The notes under the pieces were generated by a model. That model was given only the letters and a program-made list of their open reading frames with translations, searched no databases and had not been told where the DNA came from. This document shows, piece by piece, positions 20,680-35,229 of a stretch of DNA of 64,000 bases (position 1 is its first letter; every line of letters starts with the position of its first letter). Source of the stretch: Basidiobolus meristosporus CBS 931.73. Lineage: Eukaryota > Fungi > Basidiobolomycota. A program made the position numbers and the translations under genes. Location of the stretch: NCBI GenBank assembly GCA_002104905.1, contig MCFE01000283.1, forward strand, positions 1-64,000, in the 5' to 3' direction.

Positions 20680-23600
20680 GGAGAGGCTTGATGGGAACTA
20701 CACATGTAGAATCAAAATGAAGATCCACCTTGAGGTAAGAAAACTTTGAAATATAGTAACAGGAAGAGAAGTTGAGCCCAAGGGAACAGCACAAGAAGTA
20801 GAGAAATTACAAGAGAAGGAGCAAAAGGCCTTTAATGCTATACACATCAATGTGGAAGGTTCCAAAACTGGACTAATTCATGCTTCAAATACTGCCAAAG
20901 CATCATGGGAATCCTTAGAGAAGATCTTCAGAGCAAAGTCATTATCAAGCAAGCTTTATTTGAAACAAACATTCCTCAATATGAGGAAAAAGCCAGATGA
21001 TGTCATGGAACATCTCATTACCAGAATGGAGACACTTGCAGAAGACCTTCACAGTATTAATGCTGGCATAGATGATGAAGAGGAGATACTATGTCTGCTT
21101 TGCAGCCACAAGACCCGTATGAGCCATTCACACTTTGTTTGAAAGCAGAGGAGGCAATCTGACTTTAGACTATGTCAAAGGAAGACTTCTTGCTCAGGAG
21201 CTCAGACAAAATGATCAAGCAGAGAAAATTGAAGACAATGCTTTATTCAGCTCAGAAAGACACACAGATAAAAAGGGAAGGCAATAAAATAAAAAAAAGC
21301 CTGGCTGCTGTAACTACTGTAAGAAGCCAGTACACTGGGCAAGAGAATGCAAGAAGGCACAAGCAGACAAACACAGATATTGGAGCAGGCAAGCTATATA
21401 ACTACTGATGAACAGTTATTTCTAAATATAAAAGAAAGTGTAAGTAATCAAAGTCATGAATGGTGGATTGACTCTGGAGCATCACAGCATATTAGTAGTG
21501 CAAAGGAGTGATTGAGCAACTTAAAGACTATTCCCATAAGAAAGGATTATCTGGGAGACAAATCAGCACTGAAGCTACCATCAGTGGGTCTATACAACTA
21601 ACTATGAGTGCTATCTCAGAGGCTACAATAGAAAAACTGAATAATGTACTCTATGTACCAAGAATAGCTAAGAACCTACTCTCAGTCAGTAAAGCAGCTT
21701 CTCAGGGACTGAAATTTGCATTTACTAAGCTGAACTGCTCAATACTGAGTGAAAATGGACAAAAAATGGTCTTGAGAATCAGAGATCACAATATATACAT
21801 GGTATAATGCAAGATATTATACCCAAGTATGTCAAAACTGCTGACACTGATGAAAATAACTGGGAGATGTGGTATAGGAGGCTAGGTCATATTTGGGAAC
21901 AGAAAATGAGCCAACTGGTGAAATAGCAGCTTGTTTTAGGCCAATATTACTCAATTCCAATCAAATTGTGTGTCTGTGAGCAATGTTTATATGGTAGACA
22001 AGCTAGTCACCATTTCAGGAGCTCAGGAGGCATCAACACCACCAAAAAATTTGCTATTGTATATTATGACAAATGTAGGCCCATGAGAACACTGTCCTTT
22101 AAAGCCAAGAGATTCTCTATGATGTTTACTGATGATAAGACAAGAAATATATGGGTTTACTGCTGCAAAGCAAAGGATGAGGCATTAGAGACATTTAAAC
22201 ACTTCAAGAACATGACAGATATGCTAAGTAGGTGTAAATTGAAGGTACTTAGAAGTGACAATGGAGGGGACTACTGCTCAAAGGTGTTTGCAAATCCTGC
22301 TCATCTACTTGTATACTTCAGTAGACCACTGGTCCACATACACCACAGCAAAATGGAGTATCAAAATGAGCAAAGAGATAGTAGAGCTGGGGTGATCTAT
22401 GCTACATGATAAGAATATGGATTAAGTGTTTTAGGCTGAATCTGTTGCTACCACTGTATGCATAGAGAATAGTCGCCCAACAACAGCACTGCGTGATTCT
22501 ACACTCCTTGAGGTATATACAGGCAAGAAACTAGACTAACAGCACCGCAGGATTGTTAGAAGTGGTGTCTTGTATCACATCCCTGACAAAAAACACCTAA
22601 AGCTGCAACCAAAGGGTAGAAAAGGGAACTTTCTTGGGCATTGTGATGATACCAAAGGGTATAGAGCTTATGATTGCAAAATTCAGTAGATGATCAAGAG
22701 CAGGGATGTGTACTTTAGGAGAATTCAGATCAGAAAGCCACTGAAATCATTAGCCAGCTGCCTGAAGACGCAATCAACACTAATGAAGAAGATATATACC
22801 TAATTTAGCCTGATACAGAAGATAACTCTACCAGTTCCAGATCAGAGCAGATTGCGCCAATTGGTAGATCTACCAGAATTATAAATGCCCTTGGATTCTG
22901 GTGGCAGACATCCAATGATGATGAAGAAGCTTATCTTGCCTTATGTGCCAAACCTCACAATCTGGAACAGGCAACGCAAAGTCCAGCTGCTACTATGTTG
23001 CAACAAGCCATGTGGGGGAAGTATTATTAATTTATCAAGGCAAAAATGTGGGAACAGGTAGATGTACCAAATGGGAGAAAGCCAACAGGATATAGGTGGG
23101 TCTGCAAGATCAAGATAACCTCAAATGGTACCATTGGTAAGTAGTAGGCTAGATTGGTGGCTCAGGCCTATTCCCAGATCCAGGGACTAGATTCAAAGAG
23201 ACATTTGCTCTGGTTGCCAAGTTAACTCCATTTGGACAGTTCTAGCCTTGACAGCTGTACACATCCTAGATCCACACCAAATAGATGTTAAAACAGCCTT
23301 TTTAAATTGGGATTTGCAAGAACCTATATATATGGAGCAAGCAGAAGATTTTGGCAATCTAAAAGGCCCCATCAGGTGTGCAGACTCAGGCAGTTGTTGT
23401 ATGGGCTTAAGCAGGCACCTAGAGCATGGTATAGCAAGATTTACACATCTCTACAGGAGATTGGACTTATTTGTTTCACTGCAGATCACAGAATATATGT
23501 AAAATAGATAAATAAGGATGTTATCATCCTAGTTCCTCATGTGGACAACCTAATAATAGCTACTGGTGACCAGAAGGCCCTTAAACAAACAAAATCAGAT

Positions 23601-24030
23601 CTCTTCAGCAAGCTTGTGATCAAAGATTTTGGAAAATTGAGATATTGTAATGGAACTGAAATCAAGTTTGACATTCCTACTCAGAAAATTCTGATGAATC
23701 AGTACAGTACATTAGAAGAACTCTTAGCCACTGTAAGATGGAAAATTGCTAGCATGCTGCTATCCCCATGGAAAATAACCTGAAACTGAGCAATTGACAG
23801 CAAGTTTAGGTGAAAAAGGCTCAAGTATTGACTAAAACTTTGCGCATCAATCAATGGTAGGTAGCCTGATGTACCTGATGCTATCCACACATCCAGATGT
23901 TGCAGTAACAGTTGGAACAGTCAGTCAATCCATATGGAACTATGGATTAGATCAGATTATAGTGTCAAGCAGATTTTCAGATATCTACAAGGTACCATAA
24001 ATATATGCATTACACCTGGGTTATTGAATA
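20680..24030 (+). mobile_element. Ty1/copia retrotransposon relic (gag-PR-IN-RT-partial RH); LTRs not identified
   Basis: UBN2-like gag (20852-21142), zinc knuckle CNYCKKPVHWAREC (~21305-21355), protease WIDSGAS (~21460), WYRRLGH, integrase LRSDNGGDY, RT DVKTAFLN / LYGLKQAPRAWY / HVDNLII; copia domain order; many stops. Confidence 0.93.
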
Positions 24031-24599
24031 AAGCACTCTAGTAGTGCTAACAAAAGCAATTTGCCTGTGTGAGAATCAGATGTATTGATAAACATATGAA
24101 ACTGAGATTCAAAGAGGTAAGATATCATATACTTGAAGAGAAACATATGTGTCTGTGGCTGGTCATATAATTGGTAGGTTATAACTGAACAGGATACAAC
24201 TCTAAGGCACTATACTGGAGCTCAAAGTCAACTTTAAGGTAATCATGTTGGCAAGCTCAATCAAGTATACTGAAACTATCTTGGTGACTAGTGTTACTTA
24301 GCTGGTATGACCACTCTATGCTGGTAGTGCAATAAGATCAAACAACTAGATGGTATGAAACACTGCTAAATATGTGATGTGTGTTGGATATCTGGAACTT
24401 TCTACAAAATAGCCATGATACTGAAGCTATTGATTACTCATGCAGAAGCACAGTATTTGCACCTTTGTAAAAGTAGTACAACTCCAATACTGAGTTAAAA
24501 GGGCTTTTCAACAGCCAAAAGCATATTTTGAAAGTTTCAGGGTTAGTACTTTGTATTTGGCAACCATATTAATTTTATTTTGACAATTGGGAAGAGGTC

Positions 24600-27450
24600 A
24601 CAGTATCATAAATCTAAGAGGAAAAGGCAAATCACAGGCTGTAATCTGTTTTGCAGAGACTAGTACTAAAGCAAGAGTATTAAGTAAACATTAGATGCTG
24701 AATGATGTGAAATACCCCAGTATTTTGGCATTCCCCCTGACCAATTTAGTTCATGATCCAAATCTTGCCCTGTGCACCCAGACTGTGGCCCAGATAAGTG
24801 CTCATCAAAATTTCTGCAGCCAATTTATTAGTCAGCAGCTCATTAATCTTTTAAGTTATTTTCTGCAGCCTCCCTCAGAGAGCAAAACTCTGTATAAATA
24901 TGCTTAGTGCTGGTACAACTATGGTGATATCTAGCCAATAAAGCGCAGCTCTTATTATCCTTGAAAAAATTGGTTCATCTCAACCTGAGAATAAGTCTCT
25001 GGGTAATTTTTATCACCATTCAACCTCCTTATCTGCTTGTTAAGCAGCTATGTACTCTGCTGTAGTTATAGAGAGTGCTAGAGTGGGCTGTTTCTTGCAA
25101 TTCCAGGTGACAGCTACACCATTGTACAGAAATGCTGACCTAGTGGTGGAGCCTTTATCAAACAAATCCCTTCTCAATTGGAACTACTATTAAAATCCAA
25201 GTCTGCCTATTAGTTGCTCTTGAGTATTCCATCACCATATTGATTAAACACAGGGTGATATCTGAAACTTTGCTTAGCTGCTGGAATATGACTATTTCCA
25301 TTATTTAACATGTACTAGTTCAATATTTCCACAGCCACTGTGGTAATTGGATGCGTAGATGCCCTTTAGTACATTAAGCTATCTTTCACTCTTTGAAAGT
25401 GCAAGTTTATAAACTTTCACAGTTGGCTCATATACACACTGTAGTTTACAGTGCTTGGGCTCAATCTTCTATAGTTAGGTGTTTATCATATATAAGAATG
25501 CTCTAGGTGCAGGTTTAATTGCATACAACAATTGCCTGAATCTGCACCCTAGTACAGGTCATTGGACTGGTAATCACCATGTTTCTGTGAAATTTAGTTT
25601 CTTGCAGCTCCCTGTTCAAAAAGCAGTGCTGATGTTCAATTAGTGAGTATTCAGAGTGAGTACAGGTGTCTACACTACTACCATGGATATAAAAACACTC
25701 AAGTACTGCTTTTTGTCAGCATAAAATTCAAAGAGTGTAGTGCCATGCAGCACTGCTGTTGGGTACTATTGCTGAAGTTTCAAAGTTTAGACCATATTGA
25801 GCCAAAAACATGGAGTCCATTGCCTTAACATATAAACTAGATCTTCCCCTATCAACTTTGTTGTGCTTGCACATTCTATTACTCTATTTGTTGAGTAGTA
25901 TCAGAAATGGTGGTGTTTGCAATGTTCCATTAGTCAAGTAGTACTTTGCAAGCTTTTCAATACAGTTTCCCTTCAACATGGAATCAATGAACCTTAGATT
26001 TAGACTCAGTTTGTGTTACTGTAAAGTAACTCTGTGTGCAATAGCTAATATTCCGGTGGCACTAATGCCCTGAAGCTTGCAACTGTCCCTAGCTTGTTTG
26101 GCACATGAACATCAATTCCAGACACTCAGTTTGGTTGGAAATGAGTATTTTTGGCCTATAGCCAGTTGATTTTTCACCTGTTGGTTGACCATCTGTTGTC
26201 CAATGTGTCCTTGCTTTCTATAACAAGTTATTGTGTCATATCCCTGGTTTTAACAATAATGACCAACTTGGTTACACTTAATCTTGTATTGTAACTTGTG
26301 CATATTATGCTCTGCACCCCACAGAGCCGATCTTTGTCTTTCATGACTCATAATTGCGCTGCTAAGCTTGGTAACACAAACTTTAATCCTTGAGTGACTG
26401 CTTTACTCACCAGAGTAGGCCTTGACTATTCCAGGGGCAAAGACTACCACTGTCAGTTTGGCCATCTTGGCCCTTGCATCATTACTTGTTTTTTGCTGTA
26501 CACACCCATTAGCTGTATCATCCAGCACAGTGTTGTCAACTAGGTAAACCTCTGTTAAGGAATATTTAATAAGGTACATATCCACTCCTTCATACCACAG
26601 ATATACTGTGAAGCTCCAAAATCAATATTTTATCAAACACTATAGTAATATACACCAGCAGGGACTGTGACACTTGGCTGACTACTGTAGCTACATGGCT
26701 TGCTTATTCATGTTTGTGTTTTTTGTCCTCTTATTTCTTCTTGCAAACTCTTTACTGAGATTCTGGCAGTGGTTGCAATAAACATTTTATGTTTGGTATG
26801 GTTGCTTTCCTTTCTTTTCTGTCAGTCTTTCTTAGCTGAATAAGGTGTGTTCATAGATTTTGTCTGCATGGTCATTATGTTTGAGTACTCCAAAAAAAGT
26901 CTTCATGTGACATTCTCTTAGGTCCAATAGGCTTCTCTGTCTTAAAAAAAGTATTAGTGGAATGCACTTGCCTGGTAAGCTACAAAGTAGATAGAGTATC
27001 GTCTCTTCCGCATCCATAGTGTCATTGATATTTGGAGCTTTCTCTGCAAGTATCTTGCGTTTCAACTTCTTTGTCTGCTACTATATTCAAAAGTTATTTA
27101 TCATTAAGAAAGATCTGTATCTTGATTAACTGAAGTGAGAAGTTGTTCTGTTGGCTGATAAAAGCCATAGCTAGAATAAATTAAGGCGATTATAATCACA
27201 ACCTGTTGCAATCTAAGAGGTGTCTTAAATATAAGAGGCTCTCAGAGGAATAGTGGAGAAAGTGGAACTGCTGCTACTTTATAAAGTAGCTCAGTAGTTT
27301 TATTATTGCAGAAATAATACAAATGTAGCATTTGGTACAAGCATCTCAAACCCTCAGAGTCTGAAATTCTTGCCATCAGATCTCTCCTTTGCATGGCATA
27401 TATTTGTGTACTCTTGTTCTCTGGTAAACCCATATTTAGAGTAGATCAAT
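24600..27450 (-). mobile_element. Second, more decayed copia relic of the same family, inverted relative to the first
   Basis: Minus-strand gag fragment (26832-27065), IDFGASQYIC protease, CYRKQGHIG pre-integrase segment; several blocks align at DNA level to 20.7-22.6 kb. Left boundary uncertain. Confidence 0.75.
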
Positions 27451-30400
27451 GCAATCAAAGCTTATAGCAAACTGCAACTTGACTATTGTGTCAAATGTCA
27501 AGAACTTGCAAACTAGTGCTAAGAGTGGAACTGTTGATTTCGCACCAAGAAGAACAGGATTATTTTCTTTGTAGAACTGATACATGGGTAATAAAAGTTG
27601 TAAGAGTGCTCAATGTCCATAAGCATTATATAGTAACTTAGGGGCTGACATGTAATACTTGACGGTGTTGCTGATTCATTTTCAACATTAACAGAGTAAT
27701 CACAGTACTAAAATTATGAGAGAGACAGACTAAGCAGGGACTATAAATGAGTTCCAGAGTGACCAAGACTAGTGTCAGAATGTCAAATAATCAGGCAGCT
27801 GCTGATTGATACCCATCAGTCCAGTAACTTAGTAGTAACTGTGGATTCTTAAGTGAGACAACTTACAAAATATCACCAGAGGAGCACCCAGTGTACTGGT
27901 CAATATCCTGGTTTACATGGCTCAAATGCAACTGCTGTTCAAAAAATGTCAGAGACCTCACTAGCCAATGCTTATGCCATGCTCCTAGGTGGCATGTTCC
28001 AGCCCCATATTTATTTAAATTAAGTGACATGGATTCAAAACTCTCCTGAGGCCAGTAATCTGGTTAAGTTGTGCCATCTCAGGCACCACTTTGTCTGCAG
28101 AGAGCATTTAAACAATATCATATCCTTTGGTTCATGGAATGTAGTGCCTTTATTACCTTGCACTCCAATATAGAAATGCAATTGTAAGTACAAGGTAAAT
28201 TGCAACCTTTCAAGTATACCAATTATCAGTTAAAACAGTGTTTCTGGCAAAGTCTGAAATGCTCAGGTAGTAGCAGCTACCAGAAAGATCACAGACTAGT
28301 GTTAGAAAAGACCAGGTGGCCCAAATGCAGCTGCTGGTTAGTCACATACCTGTCCTCTCCACCTGTGTAGATGCTAATATCACCATATCTGTGAGTGTAG
28401 CATTGCCAAGCAAAATAATCAAGGCATCCATTTTTCTTTCACAACAAGTTTGACCTTACCATTTCTGATGCATATCTCTTTAGGTTGTACCAGTGATTTA
28501 TTGAGTTTTGCAGTCATTTCAAGAGCTTAGTGGGCTTTATTATAGCCTGAGTACTTTGGGCCTTTGTCATGCCTTAAGTAACACTGGCAGCTTGTTAAAG
28601 GTACCCTATTTAAGTGTCATAGTGGCTTGCAAGCCTTGTTTCTGCTTAAATATTTAAGAACACCCAAAATGTTCATTTACAACTGTTTTATGTGCTTAGC
28701 ATAAACTAGGGCAAGCTTAGGATTATGACTATTTGGCTCTTACCTGCTAAATATGTACTAGCTTTAGAGTTGCAGTTCACGCAGATAGTTATGCTTACAA
28801 TGTCAGTTGCATCATTCAGGATATGGTTGTTTAATTTAAAATAATGGTGGGCTTGTTTGACAGATTGCTGCCAGCTGAGGTGGCTGCCCTGTCTGAGGTC
28901 ATTCTCACCACTTGATCTGTATAAGCAATCAGAAACTATCAAGTGTGTATTTTTCCCCAGCCACTAAGAGCTGAGTGCAAGATTTACACTGTCACATAAG
29001 CAGCAGCATAAGCCTGATTAGACAACACTAAACTACTGAGTAAGTTGCTTACAAGATACGTGATTGTTTAATGTTCATTTTCAGATGCTGAACCAATCTG
29101 TGCACTGCTACACAGCTCACTTGAGGCATTTTACCATTTATTTCCGCCACAACTGGCTATAAACTGAACTATTGGCAACATGTTGAATCAATATATTACT
29201 TTGGTGTGAGTGTTTGCAGGCAGTGGCATGCATCTGTTTGTGCTGCAAGTTTCCTTTGTTACATATTCTAACTATTGCCCAAAGTGTTTCTCAGTACGTT
29301 CATATTAAGTACAGAATCCCTGTAAGTCATTGTTATGGATGCAGCTGACAGCTCTCTATTTATCATTCAAGAGGCATATGCTACTTGCAGTTACACAACT
29401 GAAGGATGCTTCTCAATGAACAATGAAGTGTTGCAATACAAAGCCATGTTGGCTCAGAAAATTGCTCCTTGCTATCATTAATTTAGTATTTTCAATGTGA
29501 GCATTATTTGAATATTGAATCATTCAAAGACCTAAAGATAGTATTTATATAGTCAGACACTTGTGCAAGAACTAAACTTCTTGTCCTAAAGTGTCACCAC
29601 CCCTTGTTAGTGCAGTTTGCAACAATATGAAATCATTTCATATGAGCTCATGAGCACACAATGCCAATGCATCTCAAGCCCATATATCCATTTGATGTTT
29701 TACCACACCCTGAGGTAATATCTCACCTCAGGGCCTCCAGTAATGATTGCTGTTTCAATACACTTCATATTGACCAATCTATAGCTTTTATATGCCTCTG
29801 ATATTGGCAATTCTTCTGTTGGCATGGAAGACTGCATTTAGCAACAATACTCAGATCCGCATAACACACCAAGTAATTTGGTTGGCACTGCCCAACAAGT
29901 GGGTCCCAAATTGTGCAATACTAGGATCTCCTCATACGATCACCACTCACTCACTTTACCCATATGCCAGTCCTGTACAGAGGAGCTTACTCCATTTACT
30001 ATTTTGTTAACAATTTGTGTGGTGACATAGGACAAAGGGGAGATTGTTAGTGACTAGGCTGTTTTATCAATTAGGTTAAGGTGGGGAGAGTCTTAAGCTC
30101 TACCCTTTGTGCCAAATAAATTACTTGGAAACAAGCCTCACCAGCAGGGATAATCACTTTGCAGTGCCTTTGGTCCAGGGTGCATTGTTTCAATGTTATG
30201 TGGCTAAGCTACTATATGCTATCTTCATGCAGTTTGAAACCCTCAATGCCTAAACATTAACATCACTGCATTGGGACAAGGCTGAATAAAAAGGTGCTAA
30301 CCTCTAGAAGATATGTGTCTTTCAGTATTGCAGTTACTATTGTAATTGGGGCAGTGTTTTGAATCTAAGGATTCTGCAATACAGCATATATGGAGTATAC

Positions 30401-33400
30401 AATTATCAAAAGAATAATTTCAAAGCTCAAATGGCAGCATCTGGCATCAAATGTTGTAGTTTAAGCTGGTATAAGAGTTTATCTGAATCTTTGCAGCAGC
30501 AACTGGGCCATACAGATCTTCAGAATATGTCATCAGTCTTGCAGGATTGATGCTCAAGCCTTCAGCTGCAAACAGATGCCATATGCCTTGTATCATGTTT
30601 TGTTAAGATATGTCAGGATTCAGAGACTTAACTCTATAGTGGGACTGAATCCATGCTTAAGATGTATTCCAGATTTAGCAAAAGCCCATGTGGCTGTTAT
30701 TACTACATGCAAATGCTACCCCACTGACAACCAAATGCCAGATGAAGAGTAAGCAAACCTTCACTAAATTTGAAGCATTCTCATTGTTAAGATTTACCTT
30801 ATAGCTAATTTGCATTGCGCAACTAACAATGTTTGGTCAGAATTAGATGACTGAGATGACTTTATTGATAGTTGTGTAAACTTGACCATGTACTCTGGTC
30901 TATAGAGCTACATTACAGGTTGAGCATCAAGACTTATCCCACTTTGCATATACTACCATTTAAAGCTCAAGCACTAGAGTTTTAAGTACTTATCACTCTG
31001 TAAGTTTATGCCTTGCATATATAATTAATATACATACGTCTTTGCCAGATCAAACTAGCTGAAAGATACCAGGTATTCCATCAATTCAGAGCCTCCAAGC
31101 ACTTACTGATAAAAAAGTGTTTAGTTTGACAATATCCATGTGTAGTGAAGTTATCACTATTTGGGAGGATAACACTTGGTGCATAAAGCTTATAACAGCC
31201 ACTGACACAGTGGTTCTAAAAGTGTTCATGCTGACCTGCCACCATTTTACAGCATCATTGCTATGACAACAATGAGCGTTCAACCTGTAGTGTATCTACC
31301 AAATTGTTGCCAGACTTTGATATATGCTCCTAATGTTTTTGAGCTATATATAGGCATATAGAGCTCTGAAAGACCATACCTTCAAGTTTCAATAATTACT
31401 ACTGACAAATCTCTTTTAACTGCAGCTATATGCAACTTCTTACTTGAGATGTTTATTTCTCTGTAAATGAGTTCTCTGTTCAACTTGACTAGGCACCTCT
31501 AATTGAATATATTCAGAACAGTACACAAGTAGGCTAAAACTGTATGCTCAATGGCTATACTAGATATTGCACTAACCAAGTGCTCATGAATATTATAGAA
31601 AAGAACCAAGTAAGACCATACACCAAAAAGTGGATATATTAACTTGTATCAACCAACTACTGAAGTTGTTATTGAGCTGATGGAATTCACTCTTTGACCA
31701 CTAATCAGCATTGGTAACACTGATACTGCTCAGAGGAGCACACTTTCCTAAGGATTTGTTACAAAAATTCTAGGTACAAAGCCATTGATAGCTGGCATCA
31801 ATGACCTGGCATGTATAAATACAATATATGATAGTATTCACATACGCCAGTGCCATCTGGCACCATTATTCTAGAATAACTTCAAAGTGCTACCAATCAA
31901 GTGCTCATTAAGTAACAGGATGGATTGGTGAAGCAGCAAAATGGCATATACTTATTATTTTACTTCAGCAACCGGCAACAAGGCTTGGCAAATACAATAT
32001 CATAGTATTTGTCTTGACTGTGCAGTCATTCTTATTATTCCACTATGGCTCAGAAGTATATATTTCTAAGCAGTTAGGCAGAAATGCTTCATTTTACAAA
32101 AATGTAAAACCCTACTTCTCAGCATGCTACATTTGTTGTGAATGTATTTCCTGTTGGCCCTCTGTGGCACTTTTTGTGACTAATAGCTCTGTAAGGCACC
32201 TTCCTACCCATCAATACAGAGAATCAACAGAGCAGGTTATCTAGTTATTGACTCAACTACCTAGGGTGTAGATACTGATAGCACTTTTGCATGTATTGAT
32301 CCCAGTGTATAGGTTACCTTCTGTTGACAAAGTAGGCTTAGGTCCATTTAGTTTACCAGAATCCTTTGATTAAGTGCTCTGTATGTATTTTTTGGGCAAG
32401 GTTAAAAACCAGCATAAAGCCCTCATCTTCCAATATACAGTATTTATGGGCCCTGCATAGTATCAAAATTTGCTTCACCAATGTATAAAGCGATTCCTCT
32501 ATAATTCTGTTCTTTTTAGATATTTTTAAATCAAGTCCTGTTGAAGATGAGTGTATATGTGACCTATTTTACACATCATACTGATTTGCATACGTTGCTT
32601 TTTTGTAATAAGTGGCCTTTGGCCATCAGCAAAGCCATGTCCCTATTGACACTTTCCCTATTGCTGACTTTGAAACTTTTGACTTTAATATGGATATGCC
32701 ATGGCAACAATGCTAATACAATTTCCAGTCAAAAGTTAGTGAAAACAATGTTTCAGATACCCATACATGAAATATTTAGGTAAAAAAAGTTTAGCTGATG
32801 TCAAGTAGTAATGATCAAGATCATTTGGTATTGACACCTCAGCAGCTGCTTGAATGTGCATTACCAGATTTAGTGTGGATGTACTACTTCTCCTAATCAC
32901 TTTGTTGGATGCTGCCTATATTGCTGTTTTGGTCTGATAGAAATCTTTTGGTGTATCTGCTGACTAACACCACTGACTTATTTGGTCCCATTTAAATGCT
33001 AATGGACTCAACATAATCACCTGTGAGTTGATTTTATATACCTATGACTAATACATCCAGGCAATAGATTTTGGTTGTGCCTGCCATCAAAGCAGAGGTG
33101 GATTTCCACAGTCTCTTCTCTGTCATCAACAATAAATTAATGGCCCTGCACTGTCAGCCAGTCTAGCAAGCTGAAGTTTCACCCTGGAAGCTCCATCTTG
33201 TTACATAATATATTCCTACCTTATTTGTAATTTAGTAAGTTCAATTTGGCATAGTGTGACACTTTTCAATGTTGCTATTTATGAGGGGCTAAACTCCTTC
33301 CCTATATTGCCTCTTGGCACTACTAAATTTCAAGCTGTCTATACATGTGGTGATATAATCTAATCAAATCTCTAGGTAACACCTAGTGCCCTTTTAGTAC

Positions 33401-34200
33401 TGTATCATATGCCTCTTACTATTTTTGCAGTGCTGGTGTGTTCTTGGCTGTCTGACTTCATCTTTCATTGTGTCTGCAATCTTTGGTCAACTAAGGCTAC
33501 TTGGCTCTCCTTGTTCACCACACAGTGCAGTTAATGATGAGTAGAGTTATGGACAGTCACCCAGCAGTCAAATAAAGCAGCTTTTTGTGCACATACAATC
33601 TGCTAATTGCTCCACTGACATGATTATTTAAATCTTGTCCTAGCAGTCCATTATGCATATCTGCAATGTTGTTTGTCAAACAGTGGGTATTCTTATTTAC
33701 TGAGTTCAGTTTCAGCGGGCTAATTCAGCCAGATATTCCCTGTGATCATGTACTTGGGTCAATATAGCATAAAATAAATCTAAACACTTCTGCATAGAAT
33801 AAAATATCATAGCTGCTTTAAGAAACATGCAGACAGTCATCATTTATTGGTTGACTAGGCTAAGAATACGGTGTATTTGGCATGCCTTAGAAGTTGTCAA
33901 CTTTGCAGGCACAGTGTGGCTCCATCAAAAATATCAAGTTTTGTGTGCAATTACCCAGGAATAATGGTTTGGTGTCTAAAGCTACAGCCCTGTTGACCTC
34001 ATGCCTTTTAGCCAGGTTTTAGACCTCAGAAGCTCAATCTACTTGTCCCAAAACCAGAAAAAGAATTATCCACATATGTCTGCAACATTTAGCACCACTG
34101 ACTACAGTGAGCCAAAATTGTGTCAGAAAAGATGCAACCAATTACTGCACCACAATAGAGTATGGTGCAGGATAAAATGTAACATGTGCTAAGCTTAGTT

Positions 34201-35218
34201 AAATTATCACCTTGGCAAGGGTCATGGATAAACTATCACCTTGACCAAGGTCATGGATAAATTATCACCTGGCCAAGGTCATGGATAAATTATCACCTGG
34301 GCCAAGGTCATGGATAAATTATCACCTGGGCCAAGGTCATGGATAAATTATCACCTGGGCCAAGGTCATGGATAAATTATCACCTGGCCAAGGTCATGGA
34401 TAAATTATCACCTGGGCCAAGGTCATGGATAAATTATCACCTGGGCCAAGGTCATGGATAAATTATCACCTGGGCCAAGGTCATGGATAAATTATCACCT
34501 GGGCCAAGGTCATGGATAAATTATCACCTGGCCAAGGTCATGGATAAATTATCACCTGGGCCAAGGTCATGGATAAATTATCACCTGGGCCAAGGTCATG
34601 GATAAATTATCACCTGGCCAAGGTCATGGATAAATTATCACCTGGGCCAAGGTCATGGATAAATTATCACCTGGGCCAAGGTCATGGATAAATTATCACC
34701 TGGCCAAGGTCATGGATAAATTATCACCTGGGCCAAGGTCATGGATAAATTATCACCTGGCCAAGGTCATGGATAAATTATCACCTGGGCCAAGGTCATG
34801 GATAAATTATCACCTGGGCCAAGGTCATGGATAAATTATCACCTGGGCCAAGGTCATGGATAAATTATCACCTGGCCAAGGTCATGGGATAAATTATCAC
34901 CTGGGCCAAGGTCATGGATAAATTATCACCTGGGCCAAGGTCATGGATAAATTATCACCTGGGCCAAGGTCATGGATAAATTATCACCTGGCCAAGGTCA
35001 TGGGTAAATTATCACCTGGGCCAAGGTCATGGATAAATTATCACCTTGGCCAAGGTCATGGATAAATTATCACCTGGGCCAAGGTCATGGATAAATTATC
35101 ACCTGGGCCAAGGTCATGGATAAATTATCACCTGGGCCAAGGTCATGGATAAATTATCACCTTGGCCAAGGTCATGGGTAAATTATCACCTGGGCCAAGG
35201 TCATGGATAAATAATCAC
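34201..35218. repeat. Satellite array 2, ~35 units of the same 29-bp repeat, same orientation, including 28-bp variants
   Basis: Direct tandem repeat; many units read CACCTGGCCAAGG (one G missing). Confidence 0.98.
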
Positions 35219-35229
35219 TGACACACAAT

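Noticed and set aside
20140-20680. 5' LTR and tRNA-Met PBS for the copia element
   Set aside because: No second copy found downstream and no clean TGGTATCAGAGC-type PBS
29000-31500. Possible non-LTR (LINE) RT relic on the minus strand (HGF, FLFSLV-like fragments)
   Set aside because: Only 3-5-residue resemblances in different frames; not supportable without a profile search
18124-35218. 29-bp palindromic repeats as a CRISPR array
   Set aside because: Units are directly adjacent with no unique spacers, there are no cas genes, and the context is eukaryotic
18124-35218. Calling the region a centromere
   Set aside because: Satellite, TE density and CpG loss are compatible but not diagnostic; needs CENP-A or Hi-C data, so kept only as a hypothesis
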